A stretch of DNA of 58,864 nt, the filler included. It is 24 parts of 24 records of this genome, joined end to end, with 100 filler letters (N's around TTAATTAATTAA, not from the genome) between each part and the next. Parts side by side here need not be neighbours in the genome. Positions count along the whole stretch, not along the records: positions 9,282 to 11,881 come from SRR36015645_435860; positions 11,982 to 14,093 come from SRR36015645_436712; positions 14,194 to 16,307 come from SRR36015645_437732; positions 16,408 to 18,460 come from SRR36015645_441578; positions 18,561 to 21,438 come from SRR36015645_448328; positions 21,539 to 23,722 come from SRR36015645_453704; 18 more parts are not named here. One strand, given 5' to 3'. Under the pieces are notes generated by a model. It worked only from the letters and a program-made list of their open reading frames with translations. It searched no databases and was not told the origin of the DNA. Position numbers and translations under genes: made by a program. Shown here one piece after another: positions 9,283 to 22,164 of this stretch (positions are counted from its first letter, which is position 1; each line of letters opens with the position of its first letter).

Positions 9283-11881
9283 CCAAAATATTGGCAGCAA
9301 AAACGATATGAACTTATCGCTAAATTAGAACAGCTAGGAGCATTCCAATTTTTTTTTACTCTGTCGTGCGCGGACAAACGTTGGCCCGAGATCTTCACAA
9401 CTATACTACAACAGAACGGTCAAACAATAGATATCACCAATCATGAAGACGGTTTTTCTGGAATAACTATTGGAGATGAAACCTTAGAACAATTCTTACA
9501 AACCAACAATATGCATGAAATGGTTAGAGAAAATGTTTTGACAGTGACCAGAATTTTCGATCATCGCGTAAAAGCGTTCATCAAACACATTGTGTGCGGA
9601 CCCAATAATCCAATGCATGTTTCAAACTATAACTACCGTGTAGAATTCCAGATGCGCGGAGCAGGTCACATTCATGGCGTACTATGGTTGGATTTGCAGA
9701 AACTTGAGTCTACGTATCCTGGATTACAAGACATAATGGATAAGCTAAGGTTACAAGAGAGATTGACTATAGAAGAAAAACAGATAATCATACAGTTCGT
9801 TGATATATACACCACATGCTCACTCGCAAATGAAGATGTGAAATATATAGTACAGGATGTTCAAATTCATAATCATACAAGAACTTGCAGAAAAAAAGGA
9901 TCTCATTGCAGATTTGGCTACCCAAAGTTCCCCAGTGAACATACAATCATCGCTCAGACATTGGATGCAGATGAATTTGAAACAGAAAGCGAATTAACTA
10001 CAACACTGAAACATCACCGAAATGTCCTCAATAAAGTAAAGGCAGTACTACACGATTTAGAAGAAAAAAAGCAATTCCCAGATTGGGATCTGAAAATGTT
10101 GCTTGCTAAAGCTAACGTAAAAGAGCAAGAATATTATTCTGCTTTGGCAGTTACTAAAACTGGTACAACTGTTATACTCAAGCGAACAATGCAAGAGATC
10201 TATGTCAATAACTACAATACTGAATGGATTAGAGCCTGGAATGGAAATATGGATATACAGGTTTGCCTAGATTTTTTTTCCATCATTACATATATTACTG
10301 ATTACTATTCCAAAGATGATTCTGGTACCTTGAAAATTTTACGTGAAGCTTCAAAAACATGTGACGACAAGAACCTGAAAGATAAAATGTTCTATCTCTC
10401 ACAAGTGTTCCTTACTCATCGGCAAATGGGTGAGTGTGAAGCATATTATAGGCTCTTTCCAAACCTGCACCTGTCAGAATCAAGTGTCAAATGCATATTT
10501 GTAGCAACAGGATTTCCACACCATAGGTCAAAATTTTTGTTACGCATCAATGAAGAAACTGCGAGTGCAGAGGACAATGAGCAAGCAATCACTATAGAAG
10601 GTAAAGAAGGGAAATTTTTACCAAAGACATCTATTCACTTAAAGTATGCAGTTCGACCAAAGTATCTTGATAACATATGTCTTGCACAATTTGCAATCAT
10701 GTATGATCCATGCACACCATCGGCAGTAAAGCACGCCAACTTCCAAGACAATATAAGTGGGCATCATGCACATATATCCATTGTATCCTGCAATGAGGAA
10801 CACGAAAGTCTACTGCCAAAAGTCATCAAATTACAAAAGAATCAAGGCTATTTGCAAGCGAGAAAATTCCCATCAGTTTTACGAACTCACAAATTCAAGG
10901 CAGATGGAGAAGCACATGAATTTTTTTTTCTCAGTTATTTCTCTATAGGCCATGGAGATCAGAAGAAGAATTGTACGCCAATGATTTCGAGAATTGTCTA
11001 AATCTGTATATGGAAAAATCCAATGATGATGATGAGCTAACAAAAATTGAGACTGTGAAAGAAAAATTATTCAAGCACAAAAATAATGTCGAAGAAGGCC
11101 GTGCAATCATAGAAGCAATGGAGGATTTTAGAACTGAACATATAGGAGACGAAATCGATGCAGAAGTAGAACAAGACAACGCAGATGCAGCTGAACTAGG
11201 CTTAGAAGAAGACGAAGAGAACTTAGTGAGACAGCCTGGTGACATATTTGCCACCGATGATTCATATCAGCCTGCAGAAAAATCAATTTACACGCGATTA
11301 GACATAACAAATATGGAAGCCATGCTTGAAGCTGCTAGAGCATTAGATGAAGACCAACAAATGGTCTTTTATAATATCATAAACTATTGCAAACAACTAC
11401 TAAAAGCTATCAACAGACATGGAAAAATGCCTAAAGCGCCACTTCTTATGATACATGGAGGAGCCGGTACGGGGAAGTCTTGTTTAATTAATACAATTGC
11501 ATTGTGGGTCGAAAAATTACTGCGAACATCGGACGATCGCCATCCCGATTGTCCACTAATAATTAAGTCTGCACATACTGGAACAGCAGCATTCAACATT
11601 GGAGGTGTTACCCTACATCGTGCTTTTAACCTGCCATTTGGCAACGCATATCTAAGCTATTCAGATAAACAACGCTCAGTACAACAAAATGTGTTATCAA
11701 AACTTAAAGTTCTCGTGATTGATGAGATATCCTTGGTGAAAGCAGATATGTTATACCAACTTAATCTGCGGCTTCAAGAAGCAAAACAAAGCAAAGATGA
11801 TTTTGGCGGCGTTGCCGTTTTGCTGTTTGGCGATCTTATGCAACTTCAGCCAGTCAGAGGCAAATGGATTTTTGAAGAACC
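9283..11881 (+). mobile_element. Helitron/Helentron Rep-helicase (HUH Rep + PIF1-type SF1 helicase), frameshift at the T9 run 10921-10929, both ends truncated
   Basis: Rep motifs FFFTLSCAD, EFQMRGAGHIHGVLW and YITDYYSK in the frame open from 9283. The second frame has LYRPWR, Walker A GGAGTGKS, Walker B IDEIS and GDLMQLQP. Confidence 0.92.
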
Positions 11882-11982
11882 NNNNNNNNNNNNNNNNNNN
11901 NNNNNNNNNNNNNNNNNNNNNNNNNTTAATTAATTAANNNNNNNNNNNNNNNNNNNNNNNNNNNNNNNNNNNNNNNNNNNNA

Positions 11983-13938
11983 CATCCTTGCCAGCTGATG
12001 AAAGTAAAAGGGCAAGCAAAAGAAGCAGGACACACAAATGAGCAGAATACAGGGCAAGGAAAGGAACAGAAGGCACAAACTCCTCAAGGTGGGGATAACA
12101 GTGATGATGACGATAATTTGAGAATGGAAAGAAACCCAACTATTGTTGAGTCTGAAGATTCGGATTCGGTTCAGAGCGATTCTGGAGAGGTTGATAACAA
12201 TGATGCGTCTTTGTTAGCTAACGATAATGCAACAAAACCGAAACGTAATACATTCATTAAGTTCAAGCTTGATGATCAAGATGAATGGCAACAAGGAAAG
12301 GTTCTTCCAGGGCAACCTAAGCAAACAGGAACGTATAAGAACTGGATGAATGTACAGTGTGAAAATTCGGATGATGCAATATGCGTTAACTGGGACCGCG
12401 TAGTATCTTGGAATGAGATACCTGAGTATGAAAATGCTAACATAATCCTGATGGCATCTAACAGTGAAGTCATTATAAAGGCTAAACAGAAGGAACTAGC
12501 CAACATGTCAGAAAATAATGTGTTTGAGGAAGTGACATACAGTGGTCAGCCTGTACTATCATCAAGATGGGTCATTACTGAGAAAGTTGTTGCAGATGGA
12601 ACGCAAAAGGTAAAGGCTCGGTTAGTTGCCAGAGGCTTCGAAGAAGATTCAAGTCAACTGCGAAAAGATTCTCCTACATGTAGTAAGGAGTGTTTACGTT
12701 TACTGTTTACTACAGCGTCGCTGATGCAGTGGGAACTACAGTCGATTGACATTACGGCAGCATTCTTACAAGGAGAATCAATAGAGCGGGAAATATATAT
12801 GCGTCCACCACCTGATGTTTGTCCAAAAGATACTGTTTGGCGTTTGAAACGATGTATTTATGGACTTAATGATGCTCCTCGATCTTGGTACAAGCGTGTC
12901 AAGACTGTGATGATTGAACTAGGAGCGACACTGAGTACTTACGATAGCGCTTTGTTTCTGTGGCATGATCAGAAAAATGGTGCACTTATGGGCATGTTGG
13001 CAAGCCATGTTGATGATTTTGCCTTTTGTGGGAATGAGAAGTTCCACTCTGAAGTTATCGGCAATCTAAAGAAGAAATTGAAAGTTGGTGTGCACGTGAC
13101 TGGATCCTTCAAGTACCTGGGTCTTAACGTTACTCAGTCCAGCGAAAAGGAAATTACTGTAGACCAAGAAAAATACATATCTACAATTAACAAAGTGGAG
13201 TTACCAAAAGGTCGCTGGAATCGGAAATCCGACGAACTTAATGTGGATGAGAAGAAAGAACTGAAGAGACTTAGTGGTCAGATGCTTTGGTCGGTATCTC
13301 AAACAAGACCGGATTTATGCTTCGATACATGTACTGTGAGTAACACCGGTAAACATCCCAAGATTAAGTTGGTACATGAAGCGAACAAAGCTCTTCTCAG
13401 AATGAAGTCTCAGAAAGTGGAGATAAAGTTTCCAAATTTGGGGGATCCGAGTAAACTTCAAGTCATTACATATTCAGATGCCACATATGCCAGTTTGGAG
13501 GATGGTTCCTCGCAAGGTGCACATATTGTGTTTGTGAAAGGAGAAAACGATCGTGTCATTCCTATTAGTTGGCAGTCCAAGAAACTGATCAGGGTTACCA
13601 AAAGTCCACTCGCTTCAGAAACTCTGGCTCTTAGTGAAGCTGCAGATACAGGACATCTTATGGCAACGTTGATTCAGGAGATATTCAGATTAGCGAAAAT
13701 TCCAGTTATTGAGTGCTACACGGACAACAAATCGCTAATAGAAACCTTGCAGACAACCAAGATTGTGAGTGACAGGCGTTTACGCGTGGACATTGCCAGA
13801 CTCAGGGAAATGGTTCAGCTAGAAGAGATTAAGGTTTTTTGGATAGAAGGAAAGTGTAACATCGCCGATTCTCTCACAAAACGTGGCGCTTCCACTAGAG
13901 GACTCCTGGAAGTGTTACACAACGCCACAAGAGAATAG
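11983..13938 (+). mobile_element. Ty1/Copia (GalEa-like) pol 3' half: linker, RT, RNase H to stop
   Basis: KARLVARGF, DITAAFLQG, YGLNDAP, HVDD; RNase H SDATYA, ASETLA, TDNKS, NIADSLTK. Continues the contig at 41822-44275 through a 30-bp overlap. Confidence 0.94.
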
Positions 13939-13944
13939 AGTGAC

Positions 13945-14093
13945 GGAAGATGTATATAAATAGTGTAAATACGTTGAAATGTGGAAGATGTAAATACGTT
14001 GAAATGTGGAAGATGTTAAATGGTGTGTAAATACGTTTTCTATCTCTGAAGATCAAGTTATATTATGTAAATACGTTTGTGCTGCCGCTGTTT
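13945..14093 (+). repeat. 3' UTR/LTR start of the Copia element with a 25-bp tandem duplication (TGTAAATACGTTGAAATGTGGAAGA x2); likely LTR start TGTT at 14014
   Basis: Copies at 13964-13988 and 13989-14013. TGTAAATACGTT recurs at 14026 and 14066. TGTT at 14014 follows purine-rich GGAAGA and mirrors the 5' LTR end ...AACA at 44269-44272 (minus). Confidence 0.6.
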
Positions 14094-14492
14094 NNNNNNN
14101 NNNNNNNNNNNNNNNNNNNNNNNNNNNNNNNNNNNNNTTAATTAATTAANNNNNNNNNNNNNNNNNNNNNNNNNNNNNNNNNNNNNNNNNNNNTTTATAA
14201 CGTTTTCCGGCTGGCCAGGACATGTATGGAATTAAGTTTATAATAGACAAGCGTTTTAGCCACATATTTATTTATTTATTTTTTGATACATATCGATTTA
14301 ACAGAAACTAAATATATAAATGAATTTGTTCGAAATAGTGTAAGAAAAATAACATGAGTTCATAGCTCTAAGTACTTTGTTACAATAAAGAAGAAGTAAT
14401 ATTCTATTTTCTTACTTTTTTCTTTACAGGTTTTCTGTTACTGACATTTCATCACGACAGTTAAACCACCAAAACCAGGCAACATCGGATCA

Positions 14493-16238
14493 ATGACTCA
14501 AGCAACAATGGCGACGAAGCTGGCACAAGAGATTGGAGACGAGTTTCTAACCTGCAAGATATGCTTCGACAATTTCACGGAGCCAAAGAGCCTGTCATGT
14601 CTTCACACATTCTGCGAGAAGTGCTTAGAAAGTCACATCAACTCCCAGCATCGGTACAAGTACAGCACAGCAGACTACAGAGAGATATCGTGCCCGTTGT
14701 GCAGAAAGAAGACCAGCATACCAGCCGGAGGAGTTAGAAAACTACCAGACAATTTTCTAGTCATGAGTCTCCACGATATGGTGGGACGACAGCGACCTTC
14801 GAAGCTACCATTTTGCGAGATATGCAAATTAGTGCACAAGAAGATAAGCGAAGCCACCTCCAAGTGCGTGGACTGTTCCAAGCTATTATGCAAATCATGC
14901 GTTGCCATGCACAGCAAGACGAGGGTCACGCAAGGTCACGCGGTATACGACGTGGAGAGCGAGAAGGAAATCGAGTGTAAACAGCACAAAGATGAACTGA
15001 TTCGATTCTACTGCGAGATTTGTGAAACGTGCGTCTGCGTGTTGTGCACATTTACAGATCACGCCGACCACGACGTTGTAAATTTTAAAGAAGGAGTCGA
15101 GAAGTACAAACCCGGAATCGAAAAACGTTTGGCAAGTGCCAAGGAAAATATCGACATCCTTAGCGACAAGCTCGACCAGGTAGTGAATTGCGAGGCTTCG
15201 ATGAAACAAGCCGAGAGAGAAATCACGGAGGTCTCGGCACAGTTTTGTCAAGCGATAAAGATCCAGGAACGCCAATTGATTGATCAACTTCACGATCTTG
15301 TCGGAACGGAAACCCTGGAATACATCAACAATAAAACAGAAATCAGAGAAAACGTGGAAAACCTGCAGAGCACGTGCAGTCTTGCAGAACTAGTTCTTGC
15401 GGGAAAAGAAATTGAGTTTCTTCTAGTCAAAAAGCAGCTTAACGAGAAATTATCTAGTCTAGGAGAGTCGGAGAACTTTAGATTGCCGGATACGGTAGAC
15501 AAAAGAGTGACATTTATTCAAGGTTCAGTTTCGTTAGGTTTTTTGGAAGTGGGGAAGCAAAAGAAGATCATACCTGGTAAGTCCGTTCGCTTCAGGATAC
15601 CGAGTGAAGAGGAAGATGAAGATGAAGATGATGATGAGAGTTCCTTCAAGGATGACGAGTTTGAGAGTGGATATCAGGAAGGTGGGAATAGAGACAGTGA
15701 TGAGGATTCGGATGAGGAATCCAAAAACGACAGAAACGGAGACGAATTCCACGATGCTGAGGACGTGATAAAGACACATGGAGAAGCGCAGACGGAGAAA
15801 GTAGCAACGAGCGATGCCAGTACCCTTACTGAGAGAATTGCCATGATCACTAAGGTTACTCAGACTGATACGATACCAACCGTAAAACCGTGCGTTAATG
15901 GACAGTCTGGAACCGGATGTGGAACGGATTCGAGCGAGGAGAGTGATGAAAGTGATGAGGATGAAATAAAGGTGAAGAAGAGGCCGACGAAAAACATTCA
16001 GCCGCCAAAAATGAAGGCCGACAAGGAGATCCAAACAGAGCTGTCTCTGTGTATGAGAAAGCGGACTAGGCCCCCAGAGCAAGCGGCGGTCATGATGCAA
16101 CCAAAACAGCAAAAAGCACCGGGAGAGGGTGTGCAGCAGCAAGGGCTACAGCAGAAAGAGCAGATCTTGCCTCCTAGTCAAAATCAACAGCCCACGCAAA
16201 ATTCTCAACCACCACTAAATAGGCAACATACTCTTTGA
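14493..16238 (+). CDS. TRIM-family E3 ligase (RING, B-box1, B-box2, coiled coil, acidic/disordered tail); TRIM2/3/56-like
   Basis: C3HC4 RING (CKIC..CLHTFCEKC..CPLC), B-box1 (CEIC..CVDC..CKSC..H..H), B-box2 (CKQH..CEIC..CVLC..HADH). Polypyrimidine/CAG splice acceptor at 14401-14429 just upstream. Confidence 0.9.
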   Translation: MTQATMATKLAQEIGDEFLTCKICFDNFTEPKSLSCLHTFCEKCLESHINSQHRYKYSTADYREISCPLCRKKTSIPAGGVRKLPDNFLVMSLHDMVGRQRPSKLPFCEICKLVHKKISEATSKCVDCSKLLCKSCVAMHSKTRVTQGHAVYDVESEKEIECKQHKDELIRFYCEICETCVCVLCTFTDHADHDVVNFKEGVEKYKPGIEKRLASAKENIDILSDKLDQVVNCEASMKQAEREITEVSAQFCQAIKIQERQLIDQLHDLVGTETLEYINNKTEIRENVENLQSTCSLAELVLAGKEIEFLLVKKQLNEKLSSLGESENFRLPDTVDKRVTFIQGSVSLGFLEVGKQKKIIPGKSVRFRIPSEEEDEDEDDDESSFKDDEFESGYQEGGNRDSDEDSDEESKNDRNGDEFHDAEDVIKTHGEAQTEKVATSDASTLTERIAMITKVTQTDTIPTVKPCVNGQSGTGCGTDSSEESDESDEDEIKVKKRPTKNIQPPKMKADKEIQTELSLCMRKRTRPPEQAAVMMQPKQQKAPGEGVQQQGLQQKEQILPPSQNQQPTQNSQPPLNRQHTL

Positions 16239-16409
16239 GTCTGTAAGCAAAATTAATAAATCCCAAATGTGTAAAGTATTAGATTTCAGACTCTGAGCTT
16301 GAGAGAANNNNNNNNNNNNNNNNNNNNNNNNNNNNNNNNNNNNNNNNNNNNTTAATTAATTAANNNNNNNNNNNNNNNNNNNNNNNNNNNNNNNNNNNNN
16401 NNNNNNNTG

Positions 16410-18227
16410 TCTGATACATCCAGCTGGATGACAGACAGACAGGAAACCACTGCTAGTTCTTACACTAGTGATACAAATCATGACCCAATTATAAATGAGT
16501 CAAAACACTGTGTAGGCCTATTGACCAATCAAATTAATGTGCCTAACCTCGATAAGCAGAACTTTCTGACTGACTTCTTGAGTTCATGCTCAAACTTGGA
16601 ACAAGCAAAATGCAAGCTTGCATGGGTTTTGAGGTTTATCGCAAACTGCCAGTTAAAACGACAATTGCGGAGACTAGATAGCAACCTCTCCCTCGATGAA
16701 TTGCAAGAAGCAGAAACTAAATTAGTAAAGCTTGTTCAAGAGTCTAAGTTCAGTCAAGAAATCAGTGACTTGAAAGGTTCTGGAAAGGTGCGCAAAACTT
16801 CAAGCATTTTCAATCTAGACCCTACTCTTAATGCAGATGGGCTCATTTGTGTACGAGGTAGATTGCCAGCTGCCTTTTTGGAACATCACCCCGTGATTCT
16901 GCCCAAAGGCACTGCATTAAATGCATTAATTATCTACTCGGCGCACACCCGCTTACTGCATGCAGGGGTCGAGCAAACCCTAGCAGATATAAGAAGGAAG
17001 TTTTGGATAGTAAATGCACGCTCGGAGATCCGAGCATTCAAGCGAAGTTGCACAATTTGTAACAGGGTTGAAGGTCAACCCTTAAATCAAGTAGCGCCCC
17101 CTCTCCCAACAGAGCGCGTAACACCAGGCACACCCTTTGACATTACTGGAATCGACCACTTTGGTCCACTATATGTGAGCGATATTCCAGACAAAGTATA
17201 TGTGACACTATTTACATGTGCGACGACTAGAGCTGTCCATTTGGAGGTTGTCAGGACTTTAAGTGCTGGACAAACTCGCATGAGCATTCAACGCTTCGTT
17301 AGCAGGCGCGGATATCCGTCCGTGATATACACAGACAATTCTAAGACATTCAAAAAGATGTCTCAAGATCTACATGCTAAGAAGTTCTTCCGTCAAAACA
17401 AGGTGGCTTGGAAATTTATCGTTTCCAGGGCTCCTTGGTGGGGCGGTATGTGGGAACGAATGGTTCGTTCAGTTAAGAATGCTACGAAGAAAACTCTAGG
17501 AAAACGAGTCGCAACTATGACAGAGCTTGAAACTATTTTAGTTCAAGTGGAGGGTGTAGTCAACTCCAGGCCATTAACTGCAAATAGTGCAGACGTTAAT
17601 GATCTGGAACCATTGACCCCAGCCCATTTTCTTATCGGCAAACCAATATCTGCCGTACCCTGGCCAATAAAGGAGACCAAAGAAGATCTCGTTGGCAAGT
17701 ATCGGAAAAGAATATCCTTGCTTAATAGTCTGTGGAAGAGGTTTTCGAAGGAGTACCTGTACAACCTTCGACAGCTCGTTCCCGGACATAAGCAGCATGG
17801 GCAACCACAAGTTAACCAAGTTGTGTTGATTCACGATGAGACTCCCAGAGCCACATGGCGTTTGGGTCGCATCGTCGAATTATACACTGGACGTGATGGT
17901 TTAGTCCGATCAGTTAAACTAAAGACTGATAAGGGCTACATAGACAGACCAGTCCAGAAGGTATCGCCCTTGGAAGGAAATATATCGCTTTCACCAAGGG
18001 GAAGTGGCGAGATCAGGCCCACTGCTAGTAAGGATTCTGATACTGATGCATGTCAACCTTCCGCTACGCCTAATAGTGTCAGTGATAGACAAAGCGCTGA
18101 CACAGATAAGTCCAGGTCTGTTGACCGTACTATAGAAGGTGCTAGCTCGAGCAAGGTTTTACCGCAGTCCAGATATGGCAGGCAAATAAGGGATCCATTT
18201 AATTATGGAGTGTTTAAGAAATTGTAA
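16410..18227 (+). mobile_element. BEL/Pao retrotransposon pol 3' part (connection, HHCC, integrase core, C-terminal domain)
   Basis: HPVILP, H..LLHAG, CTIC, GIDHFGP, FTCATTRAVHLE, TDN, APWWGGMWER, PLTPAHFL and WRLGRI..GRDG.VR are BEL/Pao signatures. Confidence 0.93.
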
Positions 18228-18421
18228 ATTATGTTATAGTTAAAAAGCATAATTTTTACAATTTATATTGTGAATAAGTTGTTATTATTGTAAATGAATT
18301 ATATTTATATACTGTAGGTTGACGGTAGATTTGTTTGACCCATTAGTCGTAAAGTTGGTCGCTGTAGTTTTTGTTTGGCTTCTTAGTTGTAAAAGTAAAA
18401 TTATGTAAAGTCAACTTTTAC

Positions 18422-18460
18422 AAGGGGGAGTGTTGCGAATCTATTGATTTTTGTTAGTGA
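18422..18460 (+). repeat. Polypurine tract (AAGGGGGAG) and start of 3' LTR (TGTTGCG.. from 18431) of the BEL element
   Basis: Purine run directly followed by TG, about 200 bp after the pol stop. Confidence 0.8.
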
Positions 18461-18568
18461 NNNNNNNNNNNNNNNNNNNNNNNNNNNNNNNNNNNNNNNN
18501 NNNNTTAATTAATTAANNNNNNNNNNNNNNNNNNNNNNNNNNNNNNNNNNNNNNNNNNNNAAAAATAA

Positions 18569-21394
18569 TCCATTAACGACTTCTTACATGCAGGTCCATC
18601 ACTAATCAACGATGTCTTTGATATTTGCATAAGACACCGCGGTGACCCTGTAGCTATGACAGCCGATGTTAACAAGGCATTCTTGATGATTGGAATTGAA
18701 GAAGCCGATAGGGATTACTTAAGAATTCTATGGAAAGGTAAACAGTACCGTTTCACGCGTGTTCCATTTGGGCTCAATTGCAGTCCTTTTCTACTCATGG
18801 CAGTAGAGAAAACGCACTTACACAATGAATCTAAAGAGAAAGAAGTGTTGGCTTCCCTCTACAAGAATATGTACATGGATGATTTGGTAACAACTGCTCC
18901 AAATGAAGAAGCGGCTAAAAAATTAGCAAAAGAAGCACAAGATTCATTCAAACGAGCTGGAATGAATCTCAGAAAATGGGCATGCAACAAACCATCTCTA
19001 CAGGAAGTGATTCCAAAAGAAAATTTCTCAAAAGTTGGTGAATGGCATAAGGTACTTGGTACAGAATGGTCAGTAGAATCTGATAACATTAGGATATGCA
19101 CTCAAGATATGTATAACCCAGAATTCACAAAAAGAAATATACTATCAGCAATTGCTCAGATTTACGATATTTTGGGATTAGCTTCTCCCTTTACAATCAA
19201 GGCAAAAATGCTTCTACAAGAATGCTGGAACAGAAAGTTATCCTGGGATCAAGAGCTACCGAGCGATTTGAGGGACAAATTTCATGTTTGGATTCAACAA
19301 CTTAATCAATTGAAACATGTGTTGTTTCCAAGGTTTATCTTAGATCAACGTTCAGCTGGACTACAAATACATGCGTTCTGCGACGCAAGTAAACAAGCTT
19401 ACGCTGCTTGTATTTACGTACGTTATGTTGACGATGTTGGACAAGTTCAAACACATCTTTTAGCTGCTAAAAGCCGAGTAGCTCCCGTCAAGACACAGTC
19501 ACTACCACGTTTAGAATTGTTAGGAGCATTATTGGCAGCAAGATTAACAAAAAGAATTAACGATGCACTGCAAGTTGTCCATGTGGACATTTTATATTGG
19601 ACGGATTCAATGATTGTCTTAAGTTGGTTAAACGGCGACCAAGGAAAATGGAAAACCTTCATTCAAAACAGAACTCAAAACATATTGGAAATATCAAAGG
19701 CGGAACAGTGGAAACATTGTCCAGGACATCTCAATGCAGCCGACCTACCAAGCAGAGGCTGTAGTATCAACCAACTAAACTGTGAAACATGGAAAAATGG
19801 TCCTTCATGGTTAAAATTGGATCCTGTCAACTGGCCAAATAATACCAATCCTCAATCAAATTCCGGTGCAGGTTCCGAAGAAAATCGTGAGTTGAAATCA
19901 ACATCAACAGTTCAACTAGTACAAACTAAAGATTTGAGTGTATGTGACACAATAATCGATTTGTCAAAAGTCAGCGAACTAAACAAAGCAATGAGAATAT
20001 TAACATATGTACTAAGATTTGTACATAATTCTAGAGGTAACAGTAAAAGAACAGGTCCCTTAAAGCTAGAAGAAATGACAAAATCCGAAAATCTAATTAT
20101 CGGTAAAATTCAGAAACACTACTTCTCAAATGAAAGTCGAGATTTGAAATCAAAGGGCAAAGTGCATAAGAGTTCAAGTATTGCTTCGTTAGACCCAGTG
20201 TTAATTAATGGATTGATTTGTATAAAAGGCCGCTTGCAACATGGTATGTACGATAGACACCCGATTATCCTTCCGAGAAAGACAAGATTTAACGAGTTGA
20301 TTATAACAAAATATCACAACAATCTGATGCATGCCGGTGTTGAACATGTACTTGCAGAAATCCGAAATAAATATTGGATAATTTCTGGTCGTACAGAAAT
20401 AAAACAGATAAAAAGAAAATGTGTCACGTGCAATAGACATGAAGGCAGACCATTCACTCAAACTTCTGGGCCACTCCCAGCTGACCGAGTCAATCCAGCA
20501 AATCCCTTCGAAGTGACAGGTTTGGACCATTGTGGACCAATGTTTTGCTCTGACAGCAACAACAAGCTATATATTGCCATTTTTACATGTGCGGTCATAC
20601 GTGCTGTTCATTTAGAGCTAGTCGATTCCATGAACAAAGATGACACAAGGCTTTGTATTCAGAGATTTGTTAGTAGAAGAGGTGTTCCTCGTGTGATCTA
20701 CTCTGATAACGCAAAAACTTTCAAGAGCATTTCAGAAGATACTAAATCAAATAACTACCTTCACGAAAACAACATAAAGTGGAAATTCATCGCTCCAGGA
20801 GCTCCATGGTGGGGTGGATTCTGGGAACGTCTTGTACGTTCGATTAAAGTTCCACTCAGAAAAGTTTTCGGAAAGGCTACGTTGACTAAAACAGAACTTT
20901 CTACCGCATTATGTCAAGTAGAGGCCATGGTCAATTCGCGTCCGCTCACACACAACAGTGACAACATAGATGATCTGGAAGTACTGACTCCGGGACATTT
21001 CTTGATCGGAAGAAGCTTAACAGCGTACCCAGACAACATAACCGAAAAAGACAATAATCTTGTCAAACTGAACAAAAAGCGTAAAGCTGACCTTAGTGAC
21101 ATCTGGAATAGATGGCAAACCGAATATTTACAAACGCTAAGGAAAACTGTTTATATCGAAAATAATAAGTCACCTAAATGTGATCAAATCGTTTTGATTA
21201 AAGAAAAGTCACCAAGGATGACATGGAAACTGGGAAAAATTGTCAGGCTAATCCCAGGCCGTGACAATGTCGTTAGATCTGTCGAACTTAAAACAAAAGA
21301 TGCCAACATTATAAGGCCTATCCAATTACTGATTCCACTAGAGGTGGAAACGGTAGTTCACCAAAGCATGCAAACATTATTGAGTAATGAATAA
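18569..21394 (+). mobile_element. Second BEL/Pao pol: RT - RNase H - integrase; in-frame TAA at 18566-18568 just upstream
   Basis: SINDFLHAGP, ADVNKAF, VPFGLNCSPF, YMDD, FCDASKQAY, PRLEL, WTDS, NAADLPSRG, GLDHCGP, SDN, WGGFWER. Confidence 0.94.
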
Positions 21395-21538
21395 ATGTAA
21401 CAGTAAATATGAATAAAATATCATTAAGCATGTAGTGANNNNNNNNNNNNNNNNNNNNNNNNNNNNNNNNNNNNNNNNNNNNTTAATTAATTAANNNNNN
21501 NNNNNNNNNNNNNNNNNNNNNNNNNNNNNNNNNNNNNN

Positions 21539-22164
21539 CAATGTGAGTCTGCCTCGCATAGGCCAAGCTCTATCATATCTTGCTCCAAATAATCAAACTG
21601 TTCCAAGCTAGAATATTTTGACCCTTCAGGGGGTATGTAAACTAAACCGCATGTTAGAGGCAAACCAAGAATATTTTCGTCTAATCTACACCATAAAATG
21701 AAATCTGTTTTTGAATTAAGAACAGTGATAAATTTGTTATATTTAGCTTTAACAAGTAATGCCACACCACCTGATTTACGTTTATATTTTTTTCTATTCA
21801 CACTATAAAATGTATATTCTTTCAAATCAATAGAATCACTGTCGAATTCATCCAGTTTTGTTTCCGTTAGCCATATGAAGTCATAACTTCTGATGTATTC
21901 CTCGAAATCAGGTGACTTTAGCTTACCCTGTAATCCACAAATGTTTAATAACAAAAAGTTAACATGATGGTGATTTTTTCCTGGGATACAATACGAATGC
22001 TCGTTAGTTATATTTAGACCAGGTGCTGTGCTCTGGTAGACCCTATCCGCGCCCCCCCTGGTATGCCCCGCAGAATGTATACCCCTCCGTGACACATCAA
22101 AAGGGGCGCCCACAGTGCCCGTCAAAGCACAGCCACCAACTAAATTCTGTCTTCCATGATTATG
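21539..22164 (-). CDS. LINE ORF2 N-terminus (APE endonuclease), no ATG before the domain, in frame with ORF1
   Basis: LLNICGL, WLTETKL, KSGGVALLV and VYIPP. The frame is open from the codon right after the ORF1 TAG. Confidence 0.88.

Noticed and set aside
15534-16142. 202-aa hydrophobic antisense ORF (also 7258-7788)
   Set aside because: Shadow of GAN-rich acidic coding sequence on the opposite strand; no independent motif.
18566-18568. TAA before the BEL RT, and TAA at 47216 in the hAT, as programmed readthrough
   Set aside because: Both lie inside normally continuous domains and I saw no downstream structure; simple nonsense mutations are more parsimonious.
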